64,000 nt of DNA from a bacterium (GTDB lineage: Bacteria; Zixibacteria; MSB-5A5; GN15; FEB-12): positions 1 through 64,000 of the forward strand of contig JBDRNJ010000044.1 of assembly GCA_043811375.1 (NCBI GenBank), given 5' to 3'. Positions 30,472 through 39,650 of this stretch are shown here, one piece after another. Below the pieces are notes generated by a model. The model did not search any database and was not told the DNA's origin. It worked only from the letters and a program-made list of their open reading frames with translations. Both the position numbers and the translations under genes were made by a program. Each line of letters begins with the position of its first letter. The stretch's first letter is position 1.

Positions 30472-30597
30472 ATGTGCCCTCGCTGTAAATCGGCCATGCA
30501 CGAACAGAAACGATCGTTTCACAAACAACGAAAATGGGTTTGTCCCAAATGCGGGCGCGTGCGTTTTCAGGAGGTGAAACCGACACGTAAAAAGTGA
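30472..30597 (+). CDS. Small zinc-ribbon protein (41 aa)
   Basis: MCPRCKSAMHEQKRSFHKQRKWVCPKCGRVRFQEVKPTRKK, with two CxxC motifs and RBS AGGGAG upstream. Not in the ORF track. Confidence 0.7.
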   Translation: MCPRCKSAMHEQKRSFHKQRKWVCPKCGRVRFQEVKPTRKK

Positions 30598-30646
30598 CAT
30601 GCACGCATATTATGGTAGATTGATTACTCCAATCCACGCAGGGGAG

Positions 30647-30881
30647 GGGCTTGTTGAAAAAGCTTTTTTATCATATACGGCGGGTGGCACTCCCAAACTC
30701 GTTTTTTATGTTTCGTCAGGTCTTGACACCGACGAAGTCGGGGGTGTGACCTGACGACCATCCCACAAGTCTGGGTTTTCCCAAAGGAAATAAATAAATG
30801 TGGCGATGTCACCTGTCGGGTCACACCTCGCCAGGAGGCGATCCAAGACCCAACCGAACATACAGATTGCAACACGGCCTC
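30647..30881. mobile_element. Chimeric MITE/REP element
   Basis: Left end GGGCTTGTTGAAAAAG matches the 16156 element. The body and right end (TTGCAACACGGCCTC) are homologous to the 49251-49532 element. Confidence 0.7.
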
Positions 30882-30947
30882 TCCGCTCAGAGTGACGGCT
30901 TTCACAGATCATTATACTAACGATGATGTAGTAACATTATTTGTGAG

Positions 30948-31622
30948 TCAGGACCGGATCAACCGACAGAACAGACTCGACTTGTCAACTTCGCTGATAG
31001 TCACCTGCGCCGGAAGGTCATCCGTCAGCGACTGAAATTGTTGCCCTGACACCGTTGAGGCCGTGAAACCATCTCGGCAGACAATGACGCCTTCACCGGT
31101 GTTCTCCTCGTCAATGATGCCCACCAGCCCGGCTTCTGACTGCAACCGGAACCAGTTCAGTCGCGGCTGCCAGAACCTGGGCGAGTAGCTTGAAAACAGT
31201 ACCATTCCGCCGGGTTTGGTGACACGCAGGCTCTGATGCAACAATTCTTTCTTGCTGACACCGAAAACGGCTATCCCGTTCTGGATACAGACGACACAGT
31301 CGAAAACGGCGTCGGCAAAACCGGGTCGCGTGGCATCCATGGCCAGCAGATGGATATGTGGCATATCCGCCAGTGCCTGCCGGGCCAGTTGCAGGCTGGT
31401 CAGAGAGGTGTCGATACCGACCACCTCCCCGGCTTTTTGGTTTAGTTGCTTCAGGACGCGACCATAGCCGCAGCCCAGTTCCAGTACGGTATCATCGCTG
31501 TCAACATACTGTAGAACGTAATCGATCTCAGCCTGAAGGTACTGCTGAACTCGGGGTGGTGCGATTTCATAACATTGGCGAAGTTTATCGGCAGCCAGCT
31601 TGTCATCGTAGTATCCGTTCAT
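30948..31622 (-). CDS. Class I SAM-dependent methyltransferase
   Basis: VLELGCGYGR, GIDTS, FDCVVC and RVTKPGG. Confidence 0.92.
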   Translation of the reverse strand: MNGYYDDKLAADKLRQCYEIAPPRVQQYLQAEIDYVLQYVDSDDTVLELGCGYGRVLKQLNQKAGEVVGIDTSLTSLQLARQALADMPHIHLLAMDATRPGFADAVFDCVVCIQNGIAVFGVSKKELLHQSLRVTKPGGMVLFSSYSPRFWQPRLNWFRLQSEAGLVGIIDEENTGEGVIVCRDGFTASTVSGQQFQSLTDDLPAQVTISEVDKSSLFCRLIRS

Positions 31623-31713
31623 GTGCGCGACCCGCAATTAAGACTATAATAAGGAAAAGGTGTCGACCACACCGGCCGACACCTTATTTTTCTGTTGAGA
31701 ATGCGTCAAACCG

Positions 31714-33534
31714 TCAGGAACATCCACAAGGCTCAGGGCCGCCCGCAAAGAGGTATTGAACCAGGTAGGAAATATCCCCGACGTTAACATCACCACCGCA
31801 GTCGACATCAGCCGCTTCCAGCGGTGCCGACGGCAGGCCGCCGTTAAACAAATACTCCACCAGGTGAGTTATGTCACCCACCGTGACATCTGAATCACCA
31901 TCACAGTCACCACGAGGAAAACAAATGGTAAGAGCGCTGTTATTTACTCGCGGTTCATAAGTAGCATACATACCGCCAAACTGAGGAGCGTAACTGTCGT
32001 AGCCTTCTACCCGAATATGGGTAGTGTCGTCGTATCCCGCCGTACCGGGAAGAGTGAAAAACAGGTTGGCAACGGCTCCTTCTCCAGCCGGAAGATGCGG
32101 CGACGTCCCGGAATAGGAACTGACCAGCTTAATTGTCTGCTTTTTGCCGGCCGGGTCATAGTGAATGTATGTTTGCACTTCAAAGTAATCCGCTCGACAA
32201 CCCACGGTTGAGAAGGAATCCAGCGTGACATCCAGATCGCCCGAATACTCTATGGGGATTTTGATGGTGCTGATGGGCACGTAGTTATGCACATATACCG
32301 GCATCATAACAGCAGTGCTGCGACTACCTTCGGTGGAGACAGGTCTTAGAGAATCGGCCAGCGCTTTGATGAAATTGGGCTTTTGCCGGGAGCGAATATC
32401 ACCACCGGCGTTGATTTCCAGCGTCACCGGAAACAGTCCGGGGTCCGAGAAAGTATGCATCGGCGATTGCTCGTATGCCGAGTTACCATCCCCGAAATCC
32501 CAGGTCCAGGTGTCTACAACCAGACCCGATATGCCGGTGAAATTGACATCAAACGGCACCCAGCCGATTGTCGTGTCAGCCTCAAAAGCGACACCGCCCT
32601 GGTAGTTGACGTAGCTGGCGGCGTAACCGATCTTCGAGCAACCGTAGGGAATACGCATGTAGCCAGCCTCGCCCCAGCTGGAGCCCCATGAATTGCGCAT
32701 AAACCAGACTCCGCTCGGTCCCTGACTGTCGTCCCAGCCAACGATCACCACACCATGATTGACGCTGCCGAACTCCGAACAACCGTTGAACACACCGCCT
32801 CCATAGGCTTGGAAAGAGCTATTGACATAGACCGCCACCGTAATCGGGCCGTAGTCCAGAACGGCCTGCTTGATCTGCGCCGTGGAGGGAACACCGGATG
32901 AGGAACCGACATAAGCCCAGGACTCTATATGATAAGGATGCTCATAAGGGCAGCCGCAGGAACCGTTTGTAGCCGTATACGGGAATTCAGCCTCCATAAC
33001 GGCTCCGGAACTGTCACAGGGGTCAGTCTCAGCCAGGTGGTAGTCATGCGCCCACCAGCCACCACCACAGTCCCAGCCATGATGGTTGCAGCTAACCAGC
33101 CATTGTTCCGAGAGGTCCTCGGTCAAGCGGTCGCGAATCTTGATATTGCATTCAAGAGCTCCCACTGTGGCAAACGCCCAGCAACTGCCGCAGCCGCCCT
33201 GGTTTCTGACCGGAGGCATATCAGTCGAATCTCGCCAGTCGAAATATGACGGCAAGTCCAGTCTTGGTGCTATGGGATCAAAGCGCGCCGTTGCCTGCCA
33301 GTTCTCCGGCTCCTTCAGACCGCACAGTTCATCCAGGGAATAAGATGTGGCCGGGTTGGCGGAGACCGTGAAGGTCCAGCCATCCTCCTCGGCCTGTTGT
33401 TGCAGAGCGGAGATATCATCGGCGGTTAACTGCGCCATTGACGGGACGGCAATTAACAGCCCGACTATCAGGGTGATTCCCGGCACGAAGCCGAACAGAT
33501 TTCGCCCGGAGTTCGTTGATGTCGTTCTTGCCAT
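31714..33534 (-). CDS. Secreted C1A (papain-family) cysteine peptidase with PKD, cohesin-like and dockerin domains
   Basis: RNQGGCGSCWAF, NHGVVIVGW and RNSWG; PKD motif WDFGDG; C-terminal paired GDxDxDxxVxVGDI dockerin repeats. Confidence 0.93.
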   Translation of the reverse strand: MARTTSTNSGRNLFGFVPGITLIVGLLIAVPSMAQLTADDISALQQQAEEDGWTFTVSANPATSYSLDELCGLKEPENWQATARFDPIAPRLDLPSYFDWRDSTDMPPVRNQGGCGSCWAFATVGALECNIKIRDRLTEDLSEQWLVSCNHHGWDCGGGWWAHDYHLAETDPCDSSGAVMEAEFPYTATNGSCGCPYEHPYHIESWAYVGSSSGVPSTAQIKQAVLDYGPITVAVYVNSSFQAYGGGVFNGCSEFGSVNHGVVIVGWDDSQGPSGVWFMRNSWGSSWGEAGYMRIPYGCSKIGYAASYVNYQGGVAFEADTTIGWVPFDVNFTGISGLVVDTWTWDFGDGNSAYEQSPMHTFSDPGLFPVTLEINAGGDIRSRQKPNFIKALADSLRPVSTEGSRSTAVMMPVYVHNYVPISTIKIPIEYSGDLDVTLDSFSTVGCRADYFEVQTYIHYDPAGKKQTIKLVSSYSGTSPHLPAGEGAVANLFFTLPGTAGYDDTTHIRVEGYDSYAPQFGGMYATYEPRVNNSALTICFPRGDCDGDSDVTVGDITHLVEYLFNGGLPSAPLEAADVDCGGDVNVGDISYLVQYLFAGGPEPCGCS

Positions 33535-33816
33535 GGCAGATTCCTCTCGATAGTACAAGCGGCAGAAGCAAACGGCCGGGAAGCATATCATGCTGATGCA
33601 ATTCCTGCTCCGCGGCCTGCGGGAACACGGATATGTCTTGACGCGGCTTCCGCCTCGTTTATCCTCTCTCTTTTTGAATATACTCTTTTGCCCGGTTTTG
33701 TCCACAAAAAACTTGGCACCGCCGGCGGGAATAACCGGGATGTTATCACAGGCGGGAGTTCTAAGGGAAAGAATCGTTTGTTGCCCGACGACCGGTCATC
33801 ACCGTAGATTCCGACT

Positions 33817-34947
33817 ATGATAGCCGATTACCTGAGTTGGTACAAAGACCTGGAAATGGAATTATGGGGCCAACCGGGCATACACCCGCTGCTTTCCAGC
33901 TCCGTCAGCGAACCGACCTCGATGCTACAGAACGACATCAGGAAGTTCGCCGATGAATGTCACTTGCGCCTGGACCTCTCCAATGCCTGGGGTCATCCGT
34001 TGCTGGTCGAACAGATCGCGAACAGTTATGGTGTCACCTCACGAAACGTCGTGCTTACCTACGGTGTCTCCAATGGCATTTATCTGTTGTACCGAGCGTT
34101 GCTCACGCCGGGAGATCACGTCGTGGTCGAGTCGCCAGTATACGGGCCGCTGGTAACTGTGGCAACGGTCGGCGGAGCTCATATCGATTTTCTGCCGAGG
34201 TCGTCGCCTGACTATCGGCTGGATCTTGACCGCATGGCTCGGGTTGTCAAACCGAAGACCAGGCTGTTGATCATAAGCAATCTCCACAACCCCACCGGTG
34301 CGCTGCTGAGCAATGATGAACTGACCGAACTGGCCGCACGCGCCAGGACAATCAACCCCGCCATCATGATTGTCGTCGATGAGGTATACCATGATTTTAT
34401 TCTTGGTCAACAACCTCCCGCGGCAACACTGGACGATTGCTTTCTTTCTCTCAACAGCCTGACCAAAGTCTACGGCCTGGGCTGTATCCACTACGGTTGG
34501 ATACTGGCGCCGGCGGCGATAGCAGATAGAATCAGACAGATACATATGACTGTACAGGGTTCCGGATCGAAGATGGTTGAGGGTGTGACATCCGTCATTT
34601 TTGAACATCTGGACGCATATCTACACCGATCTCTTCAGCTTGTAGGCACCAACCGGGAACTGGTGCGCCAGTGCCTGGCACCTCTTATGATAGATGGTCT
34701 GTTATCCGGACGGATACCGACCGAAGGTTGCATCTGCTTTCCGAAGGTCCAGAATGTCTCCGACACGACCGTTCTTGCATCTGAGATGGCTGATAAATTC
34801 GGTGTATACGTTGTTCCCGGCAAATTCTTCGGAGAGTCGGACTGCGTGCGTATCGGGTTTGGAGACGAGACAGAACGACTGCGGGTCAGCCTGGAGAGAT
34901 TCACCCGGGCAGTCCGGGAACTCATCCGGCAACACCCCAGAGGTTGA
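33817..34947 (+). CDS. PLP-dependent aminotransferase, class I/II fold
   Basis: SNLHNPTG, VVDEVY and SLTKVYG (PLP lysine). Confidence 0.88.
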   Translation: MIADYLSWYKDLEMELWGQPGIHPLLSSSVSEPTSMLQNDIRKFADECHLRLDLSNAWGHPLLVEQIANSYGVTSRNVVLTYGVSNGIYLLYRALLTPGDHVVVESPVYGPLVTVATVGGAHIDFLPRSSPDYRLDLDRMARVVKPKTRLLIISNLHNPTGALLSNDELTELAARARTINPAIMIVVDEVYHDFILGQQPPAATLDDCFLSLNSLTKVYGLGCIHYGWILAPAAIADRIRQIHMTVQGSGSKMVEGVTSVIFEHLDAYLHRSLQLVGTNRELVRQCLAPLMIDGLLSGRIPTEGCICFPKVQNVSDTTVLASEMADKFGVYVVPGKFFGESDCVRIGFGDETERLRVSLERFTRAVRELIRQHPRG

Positions 34948-34977
34948 TAACAAGATTAATAAAAGGGTCGATGACCC

Positions 34978-36192
34978 TCACATTCGAAACAGTACCGATT
35001 CCTTCTCAAACCATTTCCGAGAAAACAGCAGGCTGAGCCCCGCCAGCACAGTATTCGACACCAGCGCCAGCAGGACAAAGTGCCACTCCACTGTCCCCGA
35101 AACCGCATCCTTAATGATCAGGCTGACGTTGACCACCGGGATTAAAGCCGTCTCGTAGCCCAACTCAACACCGGGCAGGAAAGATGCAAATGCGGGCAGG
35201 ATTATGGCGAAGTTAAGCGCCGTCACATAGCTCTGCGCCTCTTTGAATGATCGGGCAAAAATCGAGACCGACAGCAGGATTCCAGCGAAGATACCCGCCA
35301 ACGGCAGAATGGTCAGAAGAACCAGGAGCACCGTCTGGGGATCGAACTCAATCGCCAGCATCTGGCCCGCCCCCTTGAGAAGATCCTCGACCATATACTT
35401 CATTGAAAAGGTCAGGCTTCCCATCGATAGAAAGGCTGCCACGATCCCGGTTGTAAGCACAACCAGGTACTTGCCGACAACGAACTCCCCCCTGGATGCC
35501 GGTGAGACCAGCAGCGTTTCCAGTGTGCCCCGTTCCTTTTCTCCGGCCGCCAGGTCGATAGCCGGATACATAGCCCCCATGAAACACATGATAATGATCA
35601 GATACGGCAGGATCAGGCCCAGCTCCTTGCCGATCATTTTCTGCATCGGCGCCACGTTCTTATAATCGACAGAAAACGGAGTCAGCACCGCGATAGAGAT
35701 GTCACGCTGTGCCAGTCGATAGTGGACAGTCTGATCCTTAAACTCGATCAGTATTTTTTCAACCCTGTCTTTGGCGAACTCAGACTTGATTTCAGCGCCG
35801 TCGTAGAGCACTTCAATCTCGGCTGGCTTCTCTTGCGCCAGATTGGAATCGAAGTCTGCGGAGGCAATAACCAGGACATCGATATTGCCCTGCCGCAGTT
35901 CCTCGGTCAGGTCCACCGCCTCATAATCGTCTTCTGTCCGTAACGTTAATCCGGATGCCTGAGTGAATTGATCCTGCAACTCTCCGGGCAGGAAAGCCAG
36001 CCCCTCAATCACGACCACCGACATCTCCTCCTTCACCTTGGTGATCTGGCTCACCATCAGTTTGGACATGCCCATCATCAGCAGCGGAACAGCGACCACC
36101 GGGATAAGGAGCATAAAGATCAATGTGCGTCGATCGCGGAGAGTATCGGTCATTTCCTTTTTGAAAATGATAGCTACTTTGGACAGTTGCAT
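34978..36192 (-). CDS. natB: ABC transporter permease, NatB-like (Na+ efflux type)
   Basis: KKEMTDTLRDRRT, AGEKERGTLETLL and ARSFKEAQSY. Confidence 0.85.
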   Translation of the reverse strand: MQLSKVAIIFKKEMTDTLRDRRTLIFMLLIPVVAVPLLMMGMSKLMVSQITKVKEEMSVVVIEGLAFLPGELQDQFTQASGLTLRTEDDYEAVDLTEELRQGNIDVLVIASADFDSNLAQEKPAEIEVLYDGAEIKSEFAKDRVEKILIEFKDQTVHYRLAQRDISIAVLTPFSVDYKNVAPMQKMIGKELGLILPYLIIIMCFMGAMYPAIDLAAGEKERGTLETLLVSPASRGEFVVGKYLVVLTTGIVAAFLSMGSLTFSMKYMVEDLLKGAGQMLAIEFDPQTVLLVLLTILPLAGIFAGILLSVSIFARSFKEAQSYVTALNFAIILPAFASFLPGVELGYETALIPVVNVSLIIKDAVSGTVEWHFVLLALVSNTVLAGLSLLFSRKWFEKESVLFRM

Positions 36193-36194
36193 TG

Positions 36195-36926
36195 TTACTC
36201 TCCCACGATCTTGATAAAGGCGCTTTCCAGGTTGTCGGTATCGGTCTGCTGCAGCATTTGCTGCACCGTGCCTTCGGCATAAAGGCGGCCCTGGTGAATT
36301 ATCCCCACTTTATCGCACAGGCGCATGGCTTCACTCATGATGTGCGTGGAGAATATCACCGTCTTGTCCTCATCGGCACACCGCTGGATAAACTCGACAA
36401 TTGTGCGTGAACTCATAACATCGAGTCCTGTGGTTGGTTCGTCGAAAACCATCACCGGTGGATCGTGTATGACTGATCGCGCAATCGACACTTTCTGTTT
36501 CATACCGGAGGAGAGCTTCTCGTTGCGGGAATCGGCGAAATTTCGCATATCCAGCATCTCAAACAATTTCTCCGTTCTTTCCTTTATTCGGTCGGGTGTC
36601 ATTCCGTACAGTCGGCCAAAATACCGAACCATCTCTCGCGCCGTCAGGCGACCGTAGAGACCGGTGTTGCCGGAAAGAAAACCGATACGGGCGCGCACCT
36701 GCTGTGGCTCATCTGTTACATCGATACCGTCAATGACGGCCGTCCCCGAGGTCGGTTTCAAGGCTGTGGACAACATACGCAACGTGGTTGTCTTGCCGGC
36801 GCCGTTGGGACCGAGCAAACCGTAGATTTCCCCCGGACGACAATTGAATGTCACCCCGTCGACCGCCCGCACTTCACCTCTCTTCTTGTCCTTGAAAATC
36901 TTGGTGAGTTCACTGGCTTGTATCAT
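36195..36926 (-). CDS. natA: ABC transporter ATP-binding protein, NatA-like
   Basis: [21 protein letters not shown] and [10 protein letters not shown]; adjacent to the NatB-like gene. Confidence 0.88.
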   Translation of the reverse strand: MIQASELTKIFKDKKRGEVRAVDGVTFNCRPGEIYGLLGPNGAGKTTTLRMLSTALKPTSGTAVIDGIDVTDEPQQVRARIGFLSGNTGLYGRLTAREMVRYFGRLYGMTPDRIKERTEKLFEMLDMRNFADSRNEKLSSGMKQKVSIARSVIHDPPVMVFDEPTTGLDVMSSRTIVEFIQRCADEDKTVIFSTHIMSEAMRLCDKVGIIHQGRLYAEGTVQQMLQQTDTDNLESAFIKIVGE

Positions 36927-37010
36927 TTCATAACCTCAACAATTGCGGTCAATTTATGCAGTGGATGCAGTTAACTCAACCATTATTGCAATGGAAATCG
37001 TCGGCTGCTT

Positions 37011-39092
37011 TCACTGATTACGCTTACCATTAAGATGTTGTTTCAACTGCGGGTGGTCTTTCTGCATTCCCATAACATATCCCGGGTCCAGACCCTTCTT
37101 GACGGCGTACTCGTAAGCCCGGGCGGCATGGTAATAGGCCTGTCGTTCAAGGTAAGCGTCCCCGGCCTGTCGGAAGTAGTCATAGGCTACTGCCGAACCG
37201 GTAAATATTCGCGTGACATACTCCAGAGAGCGGTCAAACTCGCCCCGCCGGACACAAATGGAGGCCAGTCCGGCCAGGGCATTGTGTTCGTTACTGTCGA
37301 TTACCAGCGTCTTAAGAAACAGTATTTCGGCGCGCTCGTCCTGTTGCAGGCGCATGTAGATCGTGGCCAGGTTGTTCATAGTGGAAGCGTTATACGGATT
37401 GAGGCCGTCGGCGATTCTTGTCATTACCAGAGCGCTGTCAAGATTCCCCTGCTTCAGATAGCAGACTCCCAGGTTGGTGTGAGCATCGTACGACAGGGGA
37501 TTATGAGCGAGTGTCTGTTGGAAATATGCCATTGCTTCAGTGTACCTGCCTTGACTGACCAACCGGCGACCCTGGCGACTAAGCCGGACTTCCGGAAAAT
37601 CAGCCTCGATACGATCTTCTTCTTTTCGAGCGGCTGCGTGGTTGCCTTGTTGCTCGTGGTAGTTGACCAGCAGTCGGCGGGCATTGCGATTCCGAATCAT
37701 ATCCATAATGAGATAATCCTCGAAATGAGCCAGCCCGATTCGGTCAACCGTCTGTGCGGCAACACGGGGACCGAGCACCAGCAGTCCCAACGCAATCGCC
37801 GGCACCACGACCGAAAGCGCTACTCGCGAATCGCGATTGCTGGTCAGAGCATAATGATAATAGAAAACTGCCAGCGGCACTCCGACGACAGAGAAGAGGT
37901 CCCAGTTGCGGGGCATACCGATTCCGGGATTGAGAACGAACACTGCTCCCATAGTCGACAATGACAACACCAGCAGAAAGCGGTGCTCCGGTCGGGCAAA
38001 CCACTCCCTGGCGGGTGTGAGGACCAGCGCCGTCACCAGTACCGGTAGTCCCGGGAGCAGGATAAGACACAGGTTGGCGATATCAACCAGGTGTTTCCCC
38101 GAGAAGAGCCAGTCGCTTTCGATGGTGAAGCGATCCGGGAACGGTGGCAGCAGGGCAAATGTGAAAAAGAAATAGTGCGTGTACAGGTAGTAATACACGC
38201 CCGCCGACAGCATCAGCAACCCGGCAGCAAGCAGAACCCTGATCCTGACGTTTCGACCAAACAACCACTTGGCAGGGCGGGAATCTCTGAACAAAAGGTA
38301 GATCAGACCGGGCAGCAACGTTACCGCAAACAGATGGAAGAAAAGTGCTGGTAGTACCGGCACCACTGCCCACCAGCGTGACAACCTGCCTTTGACAATA
38401 GCCACCCCGATCAGAGTGAACTGCATCACCGCCACGAGAAACAGGGCATAATTTTCAACATAACCAAAGAACAGCAGCATATACCCACTCGATGCCAAAC
38501 CCAGCAGGAAAAGGAATCGCTGAAGGTAACCATCGAAGAGACGGTACGACCAATATGCCACTCCCATCAGCATCAGAACACCTGACACTATCGAAATAAT
38601 CTGAAAGGTCAGCAACGCATCAGCCTCTCCATCACTTCCTAACAGGTAATACAGTGTTTGGTTGACAAATGAAGTTCCCATGTCCCAGACCTTTACCGAG
38701 GGTGCGCCTTCGGCCAGACGGGCCAGTAACTGGTAGCCGTCGCCGAGAAAATGCGTCGTGGCGCGAAAAATCACGAACATGAGCAGGAAGACAGCAACAG
38801 TAATAACAGCCGGCAGCAGGAAGCGCTGTGACGAATCACTTCCGGCGCGCTTGCGTTTGTCATGTCTGGTTGGTTGCTTTAACAGTCGGGACAGTAGCGG
38901 GGGGAGGATCAGCCCCAGCACCAACAAGCCATACTTGGCTGCAACCGGCAGATAGGCCCACCAGTTGAGTCCCCAGATTCTAACTTCCGGGAAAAATGAA
39001 GCAAAAAGCAGCAGACCAAGCATGAGATAATAGACGGCAAACAAGTACTGTTGACGATGTTTGTCGGCAGAGTATGTGTTACGTACGTTCAC
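37011..39092 (-). CDS. Multi-pass membrane protein with C-terminal TPRs (GT-C/TMTC-like architecture)
   Basis: More than 10 TMs, a HFLGDG motif in an early loop, then TPR repeats (AHTNLGVCY, NNLATIY). Confidence 0.75.
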   Translation of the reverse strand: MNVRNTYSADKHRQQYLFAVYYLMLGLLLFASFFPEVRIWGLNWWAYLPVAAKYGLLVLGLILPPLLSRLLKQPTRHDKRKRAGSDSSQRFLLPAVITVAVFLLMFVIFRATTHFLGDGYQLLARLAEGAPSVKVWDMGTSFVNQTLYYLLGSDGEADALLTFQIISIVSGVLMLMGVAYWSYRLFDGYLQRFLFLLGLASSGYMLLFFGYVENYALFLVAVMQFTLIGVAIVKGRLSRWWAVVPVLPALFFHLFAVTLLPGLIYLLFRDSRPAKWLFGRNVRIRVLLAAGLLMLSAGVYYYLYTHYFFFTFALLPPFPDRFTIESDWLFSGKHLVDIANLCLILLPGLPVLVTALVLTPAREWFARPEHRFLLVLSLSTMGAVFVLNPGIGMPRNWDLFSVVGVPLAVFYYHYALTSNRDSRVALSVVVPAIALGLLVLGPRVAAQTVDRIGLAHFEDYLIMDMIRNRNARRLLVNYHEQQGNHAAARKEEDRIEADFPEVRLSRQGRRLVSQGRYTEAMAYFQQTLAHNPLSYDAHTNLGVCYLKQGNLDSALVMTRIADGLNPYNASTMNNLATIYMRLQQDERAEILFLKTLVIDSNEHNALAGLASICVRRGEFDRSLEYVTRIFTGSAVAYDYFRQAGDAYLERQAYYHAARAYEYAVKKGLDPGYVMGMQKDHPQLKQHLNGKRNQ

Positions 39093-39303
39093 GGCGATTC
39101 AATGTGCCTTCATCCGGGTCGTGTTAGTCACAACTTGTATTTCCATCTTGCCGGGCAGCTTTTCCCGAGACCTGCCGACTGCTGCTTGATATTATGAGAA
39201 AGACTACCGGGTAGCAAGACTAAAACCCGACGATGCGACGTGGCTATCTCATTGAGTGCGCGGCGTATGTCCACATGCGCCGCGTTCTGTCGGCAGATGT
39301 GGA

Positions 39304-39479
39304 GAGGTTGTTCCAAAAGGTAATTATTCTAACGCGCGTAGAGCGGGGGCTTGTCTCCCGCCAATAAAAGTGGCGATGCTACCGGCGGACATAAAGCCCG
39401 CCGCTACGCGGGTTTACCGGGTGACGATTTATTAGATGCAACATTAAATGCACCCAAAGCTGACTTGTGGGACAGCCTC
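39304..39479. mobile_element. MITE (176 bp), copy 2
   Basis: Near-identical to 23546-23721; 4-bp duplication TGGA at 39300-39303 and 39480-39483. Confidence 0.9.
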
Positions 39480-39650
39480 TGGACATCTACCGGCCACAGA
39501 GAAGCATACCGCTCTATTCTGTAGACAGATGCAGGTCGGGTTCCGGCGGCAAACCGCACTTATGAGAAACCCGACACATTCAGCTTTTATGTAGTTGCGG
39601 CAGGTCTTGCTCGCTGGGCGAGTGTGACCTGTCGCATGAGTAAAGAATAC

